Assembly: GCA_043804695.1 (NCBI GenBank)
Contig: JAZDIV010000046.1
Location: 1 to 53,073, forward strand
DNA length: 53,073 nucleotides
Reading direction: 5' to 3'
Origin: PVC group bacterium
GTDB lineage: Bacteria > Auribacterota > Erginobacteria > Erginobacterales > Erginobacteraceae
Below, piece after piece: positions 17,551-27,267 of the stretch (within the stretch, counting starts at the first letter, position 1; every line of letters begins with the position of its first letter). The translations under genes were made by a program, and so were the position numbers. Under the pieces are notes generated by a model. It had not been told where the DNA came from and searched no databases. It was given only the letters and a program-made list of their open reading frames with translations.

Positions 17551-20171
17551 AAAAGCAAGCAGGGAAAAAAGAGATCGGTTCGATCCTGGACAATCTCATG
17601 AAGTCTTCCCGCTTTGCCAGAAGCGGGAAGACCCCCCCGGTGCTTCACGGCTCCCTGCTGACCATCTTCGGCGTGCCCCTGATCGAACAGCACGACGGCG
17701 GTTTTCTTATCGATATGACGGCGGTCAAAGTCTTCTCGGGCATCCCCGGTTTCGTCAGTTCTCTCGCCAAGCTGGTGGTGGAAAAATGCCGCGGCCCGGT
17801 CACCGATATTCTATCCCAGGTGGTGGTGGATTCCGAAAGCACGCCGGAACTGGCTGCCCTGGGAGTGACCCACGTGGTAGTCTATGCCCGCAATGTCGTG
17901 GCCCGTTACCTGGCGGAAGGGCAGGAAAGCTTCGCCCGGCACCTGCGCCTGATCTTCGACGCCATTCAAACCCCGAAATGGGGCGGCCTCCTCTTCCCGC
18001 GAGCATTCGAAAGCCGGGGCGACGCAGCCGATCAGCGGGGTGAGGATGAAAACCGGGCCCTGCTTTTTCCGTTCCATACCGGAGCCGAGAAATATTTCGC
18101 CCTGCTTGAATATGACCGGGAAAGGCACTTTCTTCGGATCACCATCGAAGACGCCGCGCAATCGCGCCTGTTCCTGAAGCGGATCCCCCACCGCGTGGTC
18201 AAGGATTCCGGGCGGCGGCATTATGGCCAGGACATTTCCACCCTGGCGGAGCGAATTTTTACCGGCATTCACAATGAATGCCAGAACCAGCGGGATGAAT
18301 ACATGGAAATCCCCGGCCGGCAGCCGGCTTTGTTTGAACTGTTGATCGAGTCCGGCCTGGGGGAAGTTCACGGAGCGGTCTTCCGCTGGACGCGGGAAGT
18401 CGCGGAATCACTTCTGCTGAATGGCAGTGCCACCTTTATTTCTTTGTTGTCGAAAATACTGGTCCTGCTCGAAGACGAGAGCGTCACTCACACGCTGGCG
18501 GACGGAAATGTGATTGAAATGGTCGCCGGCGCCACCCACGTTTATATCGATCTTTCCCGGAAAAAACGGTTTCTCAACCTGAGCATTGGAGAACGACGCC
18601 CGCGACCGGACATGCGGTTTCATCTGAAGAAGATGCCGTCGTTGCTGCGGACCCTGGAGAGCGACCGCCGGGCAACCCTGGAAAATTATCGCGTCTTCCT
18701 GATCCATCACGCCACTTCCGAAGTGCTGGGGTTCATCAAGACCCTGGAAGAAGCGCGCTGCGCTTGTCTGACGACCCTTTTTATCCGTTACCGGGGCATC
18801 ATTCCCGGTTTTTACCTGGACGATCTGCTCAGCCTGCCCGACCGGAATTTCCATTTCTACGCCCTGCAGCGCCTGGAACAGCAGGCTTCGGTAGAGGGGG
18901 CCTACATCCTATCGGGCCAGTTCTCTTCGTTAAAAGGGATGGAGAATCTTGACGCGGCCCTGCGGAAGCAACGAGGCGGCTACCTGGATTCCATGCGTCT
19001 GGCCGCCGGGCACCTGTTTTTCCGGGAGGCGCTGGCGGCCAGGGGCGAGGGACGGAAACTCCTGATCATCGAAGACGGCGGTTACATCGCCCCCCTGTTA
19101 AATCGATTCTGTCACGCCGGCAAAACTCTCTCCGCCGCGCTGGAATTTTTCTCCCTGGAACCGCTGCCGGGAATGCGCGCGGACGTGCCGTTGAAAGAAT
19201 GGCTGGATGACATCCTTCCCGCGACATTCGAACATACCAGCAACGGTTATTATCAGTTGCGTGATGTCGAACAAACGGACGGTCAACTGGTTTTTCCCGC
19301 GTTCACGATCGCTCTTTCCAAGTACAAGAACGTTAATGAAGCCGAGGCCTGCGCTTATTCCATCCTTAATGCCGTGGAATCCATCTTCCACGGCCTCGGC
19401 AGAAGCTTTATGAACCGGCATGTTCTGGTTCTGGGTTCGCGGGGAAACATCGGCCATTTTTTATTTAAAGCCGCCCGGGAACGCGTTTCCTATGGGTCCG
19501 TCCGCGGCCTCGACCTCAAGGTCCCGGCCGGATCGCCGGTGGGGGGGGCGGAATACTACGCTATCGGCGAGATGCCGGAAGAAGAATGGAAAGCCCTCGA
19601 CCTTTTCCTCGGTGTTACCGGCACTTCGGTAATCCAGCGGGACTTTTTGGAAAAACTGATCGTAGGGGGGGAGGTCCGCGACATCTTTTTTGCCAGTGGG
19701 TCCACAAAAACCATCGAGTTTTCGGACGTGACCGGCTGGATCGAGGAACTTGCCGCCTCCGATAAGCCCGTCATCGGCGGTTATCCCGTGCGTCTGGAAA
19801 AAATCCCGATCAGAGATCCTCAGACCGCCACTCTGCAAGGCCACCGAGTCCGGATCATTTTTGCGGATGGGGTTGAAATAGCCGGTATCTCCCCTGGCGA
19901 CCGCGGGAAGAATCTTTACCTGCTGGGTGATTCCATGCCGATCAATTTTCTTTATTACGGTGTGCCGGGCGAAGTCATGGACGGCGTATTCGAGGAATTG
20001 TTCTGTCTCCTGACCGGGTTCGTGGCCGCTCACGAAAAGGGCTTCCGATATCCGCCCGCCATTTATGCGGTTGACCGCAATATCGATAAGCACGCGTCGC
20101 TCGTGCCGGATAATTCCGCGCGATGCCGTCACAGGATCAACCACGATCTTCCGGAGGAAGGCCGCCCATGA
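17547..20171 (+). CDS. Large protein with unknown N-terminus and C-terminal S-adenosylhomocysteine hydrolase-like fold
   Basis: Collinear AhcY-like motifs IHH, EDGGY, EHTSNG, SKYKNVNE, LGSRGNIG, GVTG, LLGDSMPINF..GVP.EVM. ATGA overlap with the upstream gene. Confidence 0.7.
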   Translation: MKKQAGKKEIGSILDNLMKSSRFARSGKTPPVLHGSLLTIFGVPLIEQHDGGFLIDMTAVKVFSGIPGFVSSLAKLVVEKCRGPVTDILSQVVVDSESTPELAALGVTHVVVYARNVVARYLAEGQESFARHLRLIFDAIQTPKWGGLLFPRAFESRGDAADQRGEDENRALLFPFHTGAEKYFALLEYDRERHFLRITIEDAAQSRLFLKRIPHRVVKDSGRRHYGQDISTLAERIFTGIHNECQNQRDEYMEIPGRQPALFELLIESGLGEVHGAVFRWTREVAESLLLNGSATFISLLSKILVLLEDESVTHTLADGNVIEMVAGATHVYIDLSRKKRFLNLSIGERRPRPDMRFHLKKMPSLLRTLESDRRATLENYRVFLIHHATSEVLGFIKTLEEARCACLTTLFIRYRGIIPGFYLDDLLSLPDRNFHFYALQRLEQQASVEGAYILSGQFSSLKGMENLDAALRKQRGGYLDSMRLAAGHLFFREALAARGEGRKLLIIEDGGYIAPLLNRFCHAGKTLSAALEFFSLEPLPGMRADVPLKEWLDDILPATFEHTSNGYYQLRDVEQTDGQLVFPAFTIALSKYKNVNEAEACAYSILNAVESIFHGLGRSFMNRHVLVLGSRGNIGHFLFKAARERVSYGSVRGLDLKVPAGSPVGGAEYYAIGEMPEEEWKALDLFLGVTGTSVIQRDFLEKLIVGGEVRDIFFASGSTKTIEFSDVTGWIEELAASDKPVIGGYPVRLEKIPIRDPQTATLQGHRVRIIFADGVEIAGISPGDRGKNLYLLGDSMPINFLYYGVPGEVMDGVFEELFCLLTGFVAAHEKGFRYPPAIYAVDRNIDKHASLVPDNSARCRHRINHDLPEEGRP

Positions 20172-20758
20172 AGGCATGCTTGATTTCAACAATTGCATTG
20201 TCAATAACGGCGGTAGGTGGATGCGCGGGGATCGGAGAAAATCACCCCCTTTCGGATCAGCAGGTCATAAGTTTTCTGCAACTCCAACCCATGTCCGATG
20301 ATGCTTGTCCCGGGTACTACCTCCCAACTTATGAATCCGGTCTCAAGGCCGCCCTGGATAAGGACCGCGCCGCCGCTTCCCTGATTTATTACTTGATGAC
20401 CAGGGAGACACCCATCGATCCCTGGCATGTTCTCACTTCGGATGAAGTCTTGCTCTATCACGCCGGCGCTCCCATGATCCAGATGCTGCTTTATCCCGAC
20501 GGCGCCTGGGAGGAGGTTGTCCTGGGCCCCGAGGTGGAAAAGGGACAGGTCATGCAGAAGGTTATCCCGGCCGGCACCTGGATGGGTTTTGTAAAAAAAG
20601 ACGATCCGAATGTCGACTGGGGACTTTACGGAGTCCTGGTCGTGCCCGCTTGGAATATTGAAGACATCCGCATGCTTAAAAGCGGTTCCGAACGGGAAGA
20701 ACTCGAGAAAAAATATCCAACGGCCGTGCAACGCGGCAAGGAATTAGGGCTATTTTAG
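20168..20758 (+). CDS. Cupin_5/DUF985-family cupin with lipoprotein-like signal peptide
   Basis: SLIYYLM...WHVLTSDEVLLYHAG...QKVIPAGTW; N-terminus MKACLISTIALSITAVGGC; ATGA overlap and GGAGG RBS. Confidence 0.82.
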   Translation: MKACLISTIALSITAVGGCAGIGENHPLSDQQVISFLQLQPMSDDACPGYYLPTYESGLKAALDKDRAAASLIYYLMTRETPIDPWHVLTSDEVLLYHAGAPMIQMLLYPDGAWEEVVLGPEVEKGQVMQKVIPAGTWMGFVKKDDPNVDWGLYGVLVVPAWNIEDIRMLKSGSEREELEKKYPTAVQRGKELGLF

Positions 20759-20778
20759 TTCAAGGGGTCAGACCTTGT

Positions 20779-21579
20779 TTATTGAACTATCCCTCCCAGC
20801 AATCCGTCCAGTTCCCGGAGGCAGCGTTTCAGCCCCTTCTGCGCCGTCGGCTCTTCCAGGAACGGCTTAATCAGGGTGCTCCCCACGATCGCTCCGTCGG
20901 CGGACTTCCAGACCTCGAGAAGCTGGTTACGGGTCGAGATCCCGAAGCCGACGCAGACTGGGAGGGCGGTCAGCTTCTTGATCCGGCGCACTTTTCCCGC
21001 CATCTCCTGCGAGAGGGATTTCTGCGCCCCGGTGACGCCGGTCCGAGAGACATAGTAGATAAAGCCGCCGCTCTTTTCGGCCGCCAGTTTAATCCGCTCC
21101 GGGCTGCTGGTCGGGGCGAGGAGAAAGATGGTGTGGATGCCGCTGGCTTTGAGCGGGAGACGGATCGGATCGGAAGCCTCCGGGGGGAGGTCGGGGACGA
21201 TGATCCCGTCCACGCCCGCCCGGGAGAGCTCCCGGGCCAGCCGGTCCGGCGGCCGGCTGAGGAAGGGGTTGAGATAACCCATCAGGACCAGGGGGATATC
21301 GGAAACCTCCCGAATCCTGGCGGTCAGGCGTAGCGCGTCCGCGAGCGTCGTTCCTCGTTTTAGCGCCGCCTGGGAGGAGGCCTGGATGGTGGGTCCGTCG
21401 GCGATCGGGTCGGAGAAGGGGACGCCTAGTTCGACGATGTCCACCCCCCGTTTCTCCATCTCCAGGATCAGCTTAAGATTGGTATTGAGATCCGGGAACC
21501 CGACCGTGAGGTAGGCGATGAAAGCCTTTTTTCCCCGTTTATTAAGCTGGTCGAATGTTGAGTTGATCCTGTTATTCAT
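20779..21579 (-). CDS. trpA: Tryptophan synthase alpha chain
   Basis: ELGVPFSDPIADGPTIQ, YYVSRTGVTG, VGFGIS. Confidence 0.97.
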   Translation of the reverse strand: MNNRINSTFDQLNKRGKKAFIAYLTVGFPDLNTNLKLILEMEKRGVDIVELGVPFSDPIADGPTIQASSQAALKRGTTLADALRLTARIREVSDIPLVLMGYLNPFLSRPPDRLARELSRAGVDGIIVPDLPPEASDPIRLPLKASGIHTIFLLAPTSSPERIKLAAEKSGGFIYYVSRTGVTGAQKSLSQEMAGKVRRIKKLTALPVCVGFGISTRNQLLEVWKSADGAIVGSTLIKPFLEEPTAQKGLKRCLRELDGLLGGIVQ

Positions 21580-21613
21580 AGAGTTATTAGTCAGTCCATA
21601 ATTGTATTGACAT

Positions 21614-21875
21614 GTCATTCAGGCTGTGTCGCAACCCTCAAAATGTCATCGCGATCCGCCTCAGGCGGAGAAGCGATCTTAATTTGCGAATAGAATATGT
21701 TATATTCCAATGGGTTGAGATTGCTTCGTCCCCCTCACTTCGTTCGGGGGCCTCGCAATGACAGAAAATCGTCGAAAATATCGATTGCGACACAGTCTGA
21801 TTGCGAGGAGCGAAGCGACGAAGCAATCTCAACTCTATGCACAGCAAGAGATTGCTTCGCTGCGCTCGCAATGAC
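21614..21875. mobile_element. 180-bp MITE nested in a GTCATTGCGAG...GCAATGAC REP-type element
   Basis: TIRs CAGGCTGTGTCGCAA (21620-21634) and TTGCGACACAGTCTG (21785-21799), 14/15 match, with ATT duplicated on both sides. Removal restores GTCATTGCGAGGAGCGAAGCGACGAAGCAATCTC. Confidence 0.8.
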
Positions 21876-21954
21876 CACAGTCGTTGATGTAAATGCTACA
21901 GCGGTTGGATTAATAAATTATCGCCGTGATTGAAATCGGGGAAAAAAGGAATGT

Positions 21955-23151
21955 TCAAAGTTCGGTTTTTCTCAGAATGTCCAGGTCCTTGTCTCCCCTT
22001 CCGGACAGGCAGACAATGATGGATTTGTTTTTTTCCAGGCGACGGGCGAGGGTAATCGCGTAAGCCACAGCGTGGGCGGACTCCAGGGCGGGGATGATCC
22101 CTTCCCGGCGGCTGAGCAGGACCGTAGCCTGAAGAGCCTCGCGGTCGGTGACCGCCGCGTATTCGGCCCGGCCGGTTTCCTTCAAACGGCTGTGCTCCGG
22201 CCCCACGCCGGGATAGTCAAGCCCGGCCGAGATTGAATGGGTTTCCCGGACCTGGCCTTGGCGGTCCTGGAGGAGGTAGCTGTAACTTCCGTGGAGAACG
22301 CCGGGCCGGCCTTTCAGCAGGGTGGCGGCGTGTTTACCGGTCGCAAGGCCGAGGCCCCCCGCCTCCACGCCGACCAGCCGGACCGGGTCCCGGAGGAAGG
22401 GATGGAACAGCCCCAGGGAATTGCTCCCGCCGCCCACGCAGGCGACCAGGCAGTCGGGAAGGCCTCCGCTTATTTTTCTGAACTGCCGTTTCGCCTCCCG
22501 CCCGATCACCGATTGAAAATCCCGGACCATCTCCGGGTACGGGCGCGGCCCGACGGTGGAGCCGAGCAGATAATAGGTGTCCCGGACATGGGTGACCCAG
22601 TCCCGCATCGCCTCGTTGCAGGCGTCCTTCAACGTCCGGCTGCCGGTCAGGACCGGGATGACCCGGGCACCCAGCAGTTCCATCCGGAAGACGTTGAGCG
22701 CCTGCCGCTTGATGTCCTCGCTCCCCATGTAAACCTCGCAGGACAGTCCCAACAACGCGCAGGCGGTGGCGGCGGCGACGCCGTGCTGCCCGGCCCCGGT
22801 CTCGGCGATGACCCGCTTTTTTCCCATCTTTTCGGCCAGGAGCGCCTGACCCAGGCAGTTGTTGATCTTGTGGGCGCCGGTGTGGCAGAGATCTTCCCGT
22901 TTTAAAAAGATCCGCGCGCCCCCGGCATGGGCGGTGAGGCGGTCGGCAAAGTAGAGCGGCGTCGGGCGACCGGCGTAATCGGCCAGCAGGCTCTTGAGCC
23001 GTGCGCGGAAAGAGCTGTCTCGGCTGTAGCGGCGGTATGCCTCCTCCAGCTCCCGGAGGGGAGCCATCAGCGTCTCGGGGACATACTGGCCGCCATATTT
23101 CCCGAATCCACGGGTGATTTTCGAGCGGGTATTCTTCATGCTCTGGTTCAT
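21955..23151 (-). CDS. trpB: Tryptophan synthase beta chain
   Basis: [48 protein letters not shown]. Confidence 0.98.
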   Translation of the reverse strand: MNQSMKNTRSKITRGFGKYGGQYVPETLMAPLRELEEAYRRYSRDSSFRARLKSLLADYAGRPTPLYFADRLTAHAGGARIFLKREDLCHTGAHKINNCLGQALLAEKMGKKRVIAETGAGQHGVAAATACALLGLSCEVYMGSEDIKRQALNVFRMELLGARVIPVLTGSRTLKDACNEAMRDWVTHVRDTYYLLGSTVGPRPYPEMVRDFQSVIGREAKRQFRKISGGLPDCLVACVGGGSNSLGLFHPFLRDPVRLVGVEAGGLGLATGKHAATLLKGRPGVLHGSYSYLLQDRQGQVRETHSISAGLDYPGVGPEHSRLKETGRAEYAAVTDREALQATVLLSRREGIIPALESAHAVAYAITLARRLEKNKSIIVCLSGRGDKDLDILRKTEL

Positions 23152-23157
23152 TCTTTG

Positions 23158-23748
23158 TTACAATTTCGAGTAACGGCTGGTGCGCCCCGCCGCGGTTTGG
23201 CGATCCCGTTCGCTCAGGCGAGCCCGGGTCATCCGTTCCCTCAATCCCCCTTCTTCGACAAACGCCCGTTCGAGCTGTCGGATCTGCCGGTCGAGCAGGC
23301 AGTTGGCGACCTTGATCAGGCCGATGATGGCGTTGGCGGAGATGGCCGGGTCGGGATTCTCGACGGCCTTCCTGAATGTTTCGTAATCCGCCCCCGGTGT
23401 GCGCACGAGCGTCGCCAGCCGCCGGGCGTAGGGATGATCGTGGCCCCATTCCGGGATGCCTCGGAGCCGCAGGAAATCGCGGTAGTCAGCCAGCAACTCC
23501 TCCAGGCTGGCACGGGCGACGTTGGTCAGCTTGATCTCGGTCTCCTTGGACGTACCCGAGGCCATGCTGGCCTCGATGATATTCTGCTTCCCCGACCGCG
23601 CGGCCTGGACCATCTGACCGACGGTGCGGTCGTACCGGTCGAAATAGCGCTCACAAAAGCGGACGGTGGCGTCGTAGACGACCTCCGCCCGCTGGTAGGA
23701 AAGCAGTTTCTGGTAGCCACCGTGAGGCGGTATGAATCCCTTGTTCAT
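23158..23748 (-). CDS. Four-helix-bundle (23S rRNA IVP-like) protein with suffix domain
   Basis: HGGYQKLLSYQ...RTVGQMVQAARSGKQNIIE...VARASLEELLADY...FVEEGGLRERM. Confidence 0.88.
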   Translation of the reverse strand: MNKGFIPPHGGYQKLLSYQRAEVVYDATVRFCERYFDRYDRTVGQMVQAARSGKQNIIEASMASGTSKETEIKLTNVARASLEELLADYRDFLRLRGIPEWGHDHPYARRLATLVRTPGADYETFRKAVENPDPAISANAIIGLIKVANCLLDRQIRQLERAFVEEGGLRERMTRARLSERDRQTAAGRTSRYSKL

Positions 23749-23781
23749 GGCTGGAGCCCTCCCTGAAAGGCTGCGTAAAAA

Positions 23782-23884
23782 AGGGACTGAAGGGACAGCA
23801 GGGACAAAAGGATCAGACAACCGGCCGGCAGATCTGACCTTCCGGTCTTTACCTTTTGTCCCTTCAGTCGCTGATGTCCCTGCT
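23782..23884. repeat. Inverted 9-mer repeat block upstream of the four-helix-bundle gene
   Basis: GGGACTGAA/GGGACAGCA/GGGACAAAA followed by complementary TTTTGTCCC/TTCAGTCGC/TGATGTCCC. Confidence 0.8.
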
Positions 23885-23982
23885 CCTGGAAAACCTTGGT
23901 CGCTGTCCCACAATCTTGCCGTCACCGCCCTTCATTTACAAGTAAAAATCCTCTGCCGGGTCTTACGGGTATTCCCCCCGGA

Positions 23983-24600
23983 TTATTTCTGGGCCTCACA
24001 CACGAATTCCTGCATTTTATCATGGTCCTTGATACCCGGAGCGCTCTCAACGCCGGAGGAGACATCCACACCCCGGGGTTTTACCTCGCGCACCGCCCGC
24101 CGCACGTTCTGTGGCGTCAGACCCCCGGCCAGGATGACCGGGAATCCCGATTCTACCACCCGGCAGGCCACGGTCCAGTCAAAGGTTTTCCCGGTTCCTC
24201 CCGGCGCCTGTTTGGTCAGCGTGTCGAGAAGAAACGCCACTGGCCGGTAGCCGCCCGGAAGTTCCGGCACCCTGCTTCTCCCGATTCCGATCACTTTGAA
24301 GTAGGGGAGGGAAAACTGTTCGCAATATTCCGGCGGTTCGTTGCCGTGGAACTGGAGGATATCGAGGCCGCAGACCGCTGCCGTCTCTTTCACTTTTTCC
24401 GGCTCTTCATCGAGAAAGACGCCGACCGACCGGATACCGGCCGGAAGCAGCCGGGTGAGCTTCCCCGCTCTCTCAAGGTCCAGGAAACGGGGAGAACCGG
24501 GGACGAAAATAAACCCGGCAAAATCAACGCCCAGGCCGCTCAGGAAAAGAACGTCCTCTTCCCGGGTCAGACCGCAAATTTTAATTTGTATTCTATCCAT
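23983..24600 (-). CDS. trpF: Phosphoribosylanthranilate isomerase
   Basis: IKICGLT, QFHGNE, GGTGKTFDW, LAGGLTPQNV, DVSSGVE. Confidence 0.97.
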   Translation of the reverse strand: MDRIQIKICGLTREEDVLFLSGLGVDFAGFIFVPGSPRFLDLERAGKLTRLLPAGIRSVGVFLDEEPEKVKETAAVCGLDILQFHGNEPPEYCEQFSLPYFKVIGIGRSRVPELPGGYRPVAFLLDTLTKQAPGGTGKTFDWTVACRVVESGFPVILAGGLTPQNVRRAVREVKPRGVDVSSGVESAPGIKDHDKMQEFVCEAQK

Positions 24601-24764
24601 CTAATAGAACTCAAATCTCTATGTTCAAACCTGAATAGGAGGCTGTTCTATCAGTGTAGCGGGTGCGTTTGTTTGGAATTTGCAATTTTGAATTTGGAAT
24701 TTATTTGTTATTTGTGATTTGGGATTTGTACTTTCACTGGTTAAACAATCCTGGTCGCAACTGA

Positions 24765-25547
24765 TTACATGTTTATAAGCTCCTTGATAGTTGCTTTAAC
24801 ATTATCACTCCTGACCAGGGTTTCTCCCACCAGGATCGCGTCCGCCCCGGCTCCGGCCAGACGGCGCACGTCGCCGGCGGTCCGGATCCCGCTCTCCGCC
24901 ACCCTCACCCGGTCCTCCGGGATCAGGGGGAGCAGGCGGAGGGAGGTCTCCAGGTCGACCTCCAGGGTGTTCAGGTCCCGGTTATTGATACCGATGATAC
25001 TGGCCGGGCAATCGATTGTCTTCTTGAGTTCACCCCGCCCGTGGGATTCAACCAGACAGGAGAGGCCGAGCTCTCCCGCCACCCGCAGAAACTTTTTCAG
25101 CTGTTCCCTGTCAAGCATCTCCGCGATCAGTAAAACCGCATCGGCCCCGGCGCACCGGGATTCGTAGACCTGGTATTCATCGAGGATAAAATCCTTCCTC
25201 AGGACCGGGATGGTGACGGCTTCCTTCGTGATCCGGAGATCTTCCAGCGATCCGCCGAAGTAATAGTTTTCGGTCAGGACCGAGACCGCCGCCGCCCCTC
25301 CCTCCTGGTAGAGGCGGCCGAGCCGGGCCGGGTCGATTTCCCCCGCGATGGCGCCGGCGGAGGGAGACGATCTCTTTATCTCTGCGACCAGGGATAGGCC
25401 CGGCCGGCGCAGCGCTTCCTCGAAATCGCGGGCGGGAGGGAGGTCCCGGATCCGGGCCCGGAGTTCGTTGAGGGGCGTCCCGGCCCGGCGGGCCGCGATC
25501 TCTCCTTCCTTCAACCGGCGGATCGTTCCTAAAAAATCGCTCATCAT
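24765..25547 (-). CDS. trpC: Indole-3-glycerol phosphate synthase
   Basis: AEIKRSSPSAG, LRKDFI, GINNRDL, AESGI. Confidence 0.97.
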   Translation of the reverse strand: MMSDFLGTIRRLKEGEIAARRAGTPLNELRARIRDLPPARDFEEALRRPGLSLVAEIKRSSPSAGAIAGEIDPARLGRLYQEGGAAAVSVLTENYYFGGSLEDLRITKEAVTIPVLRKDFILDEYQVYESRCAGADAVLLIAEMLDREQLKKFLRVAGELGLSCLVESHGRGELKKTIDCPASIIGINNRDLNTLEVDLETSLRLLPLIPEDRVRVAESGIRTAGDVRRLAGAGADAILVGETLVRSDNVKATIKELINM

Positions 25548-25550
25548 TGC

Positions 25551-27143
25551 TTATCTGGTCACCGGAATATCGCCGGCGGAGCCGAAGTAAACCCGGGTCA
25601 CCCCCCGGATCGCCCAGAGACCGGCAGTCTCACGGAAAATTCCCATTTCGTCCTGCCAGCCGTCATGGTAATCGGCCGGAACCGGCTGATCCGGGCTCCC
25701 CCCAAAATAGCAGCGGGTAATCCCCCGGATCGCCCAGAGTCCCGAGGAGGGCCGGAAAATCCCGGGCCGCCGGGTGTGGGCCGCCCCGGTAGCGGTATAA
25801 TCCCCGGGGACCGGAATGTCATTCGCTCCGCCGAAATAAACCCTGGTTATTCCTTTCACTGCCCACCGCCCCCCGACCGACCGGAATACCGCGATTTCGC
25901 AACGGTTATCCCCGTTGTAGTCTCCCGGAACCGGCTGGTCGGAAGAGGTCCCATAATAGACCCGGGTCACGCCCCGGACCGCCCAGAGGCCGGTGCCCGG
26001 CCGGAATATTCCCTGGTCGCAATACCCGTTGCCGTTATAATCGCCGGGGACCGGGATATCGGAGGAGGAGCCGAAATAAACCCGGGTCGTCCCCCGGATC
26101 GCCCAGAGACCGCTCGCGGCCCGGAAGACGCCGATCTCCGTCTTCAGGTTGCCGTCGTAATCGCCGGGGACCGGGATATCGGAGGAGGAGCCGAAGTAAA
26201 CCCGGGTCACCCCTCTCACCGCCCACAATCCCGCCGCCCGCCGGAAAACGGCAATGTCGTCGTAACCGTCCCCGTTGTAATCGCCGGAGGCGATCACATA
26301 CCGGCCGCTCTCTTGCAGGACGATGTCATCGGACGCGCTGTAGGTGCTGGCGCCGGATTTGACCTCCGAAGAGACCGTCTTGGACCCATTGCCGGAGGTG
26401 AGAGTCCAGGACTTCGTGGCTTGATACGGTTCCCAGCCCGTCCATGATCCGCCCGAGTTCTGAAACCTCATCTGCGTCGCGCCGGCAGGGGCGTGGACGT
26501 AGAGCGTGACATTCCGGCTGCTGGTGGTTTCCTCCTCATCGTTTATCACCAGCGGATATACTCCCGAGCGGGCGCCATAGTCCGCCGTCCAGTAATGACC
26601 GTAGGTACTGGAGGCGCTGTAAGCATAACCGATACCGATCTCCCGGTAGCTGGAACTGAGCATGATCGCGTTATGGGGCGGACTTCCTTTCCACTGGTTA
26701 ATCGTGGCCGCGGCGGTGCTGTTCCCGGCGGCGATCGTCTCCCCATAGGTGGTCCAGTTATATCCCGCGGCGGTTATCCGCTGGCCGGGGGTGGTCCCCC
26801 CGGAGCCGGTATGACTGAAAAAGTTATTGACGGCCATGTCGGTGGAGTGCCCGCGGGCGGCGTTGGTAAGCAACGAGTCCATCTTGTACGGCAGAAGACT
26901 ATTGGCGCGGCGGTACTGATTGATCAGGACCACCAGTTCCCTTTCCCTCACCGGGTCGGCCAGAAGCATCTTCCTCCCCGGAAAGAGGGGTTCCCGGGTC
27001 GGCGCCGAAAACTCCAACCCGCTGTTGCCCTCCGAGTCGAAATAGCCGATGGCGGCCGTTTTGGCGTCCCCGGCAACCGGGTTTGCCGGCCCCAGGCAGA
27101 AAAAGAACACCACATTGATGATCAGTATCTTTACCGCGGTCAT
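25551..27143 (-). CDS. Secreted CAP/SCP-domain protein with six FG-GAP-like 40-aa repeats
   Basis: Signal peptide; CAP motifs INQYR, AARGHSTDM, FFSH, GETIA, W..SPPH, IGIG; 120-bp-period repeats GLWA.RG.TRVYFG...D.PVPGDY.G. Confidence 0.88.
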   Translation of the reverse strand: MTAVKILIINVVFFFCLGPANPVAGDAKTAAIGYFDSEGNSGLEFSAPTREPLFPGRKMLLADPVRERELVVLINQYRRANSLLPYKMDSLLTNAARGHSTDMAVNNFFSHTGSGGTTPGQRITAAGYNWTTYGETIAAGNSTAAATINQWKGSPPHNAIMLSSSYREIGIGYAYSASSTYGHYWTADYGARSGVYPLVINDEEETTSSRNVTLYVHAPAGATQMRFQNSGGSWTGWEPYQATKSWTLTSGNGSKTVSSEVKSGASTYSASDDIVLQESGRYVIASGDYNGDGYDDIAVFRRAAGLWAVRGVTRVYFGSSSDIPVPGDYDGNLKTEIGVFRAASGLWAIRGTTRVYFGSSSDIPVPGDYNGNGYCDQGIFRPGTGLWAVRGVTRVYYGTSSDQPVPGDYNGDNRCEIAVFRSVGGRWAVKGITRVYFGGANDIPVPGDYTATGAAHTRRPGIFRPSSGLWAIRGITRCYFGGSPDQPVPADYHDGWQDEMGIFRETAGLWAIRGVTRVYFGSAGDIPVTR

Positions 27144-27267
27144 TATTCACCTCCCTCGCTTGCCATCGTTAGTTGCTTTTTACCCCGCGCCGGTCGCCGG
27201 TCATTTTGCGGGGCGTCATTTTTAACCCGAGATGATCGAAGATCATTTTTCGGGTCGGATTTCGTCA

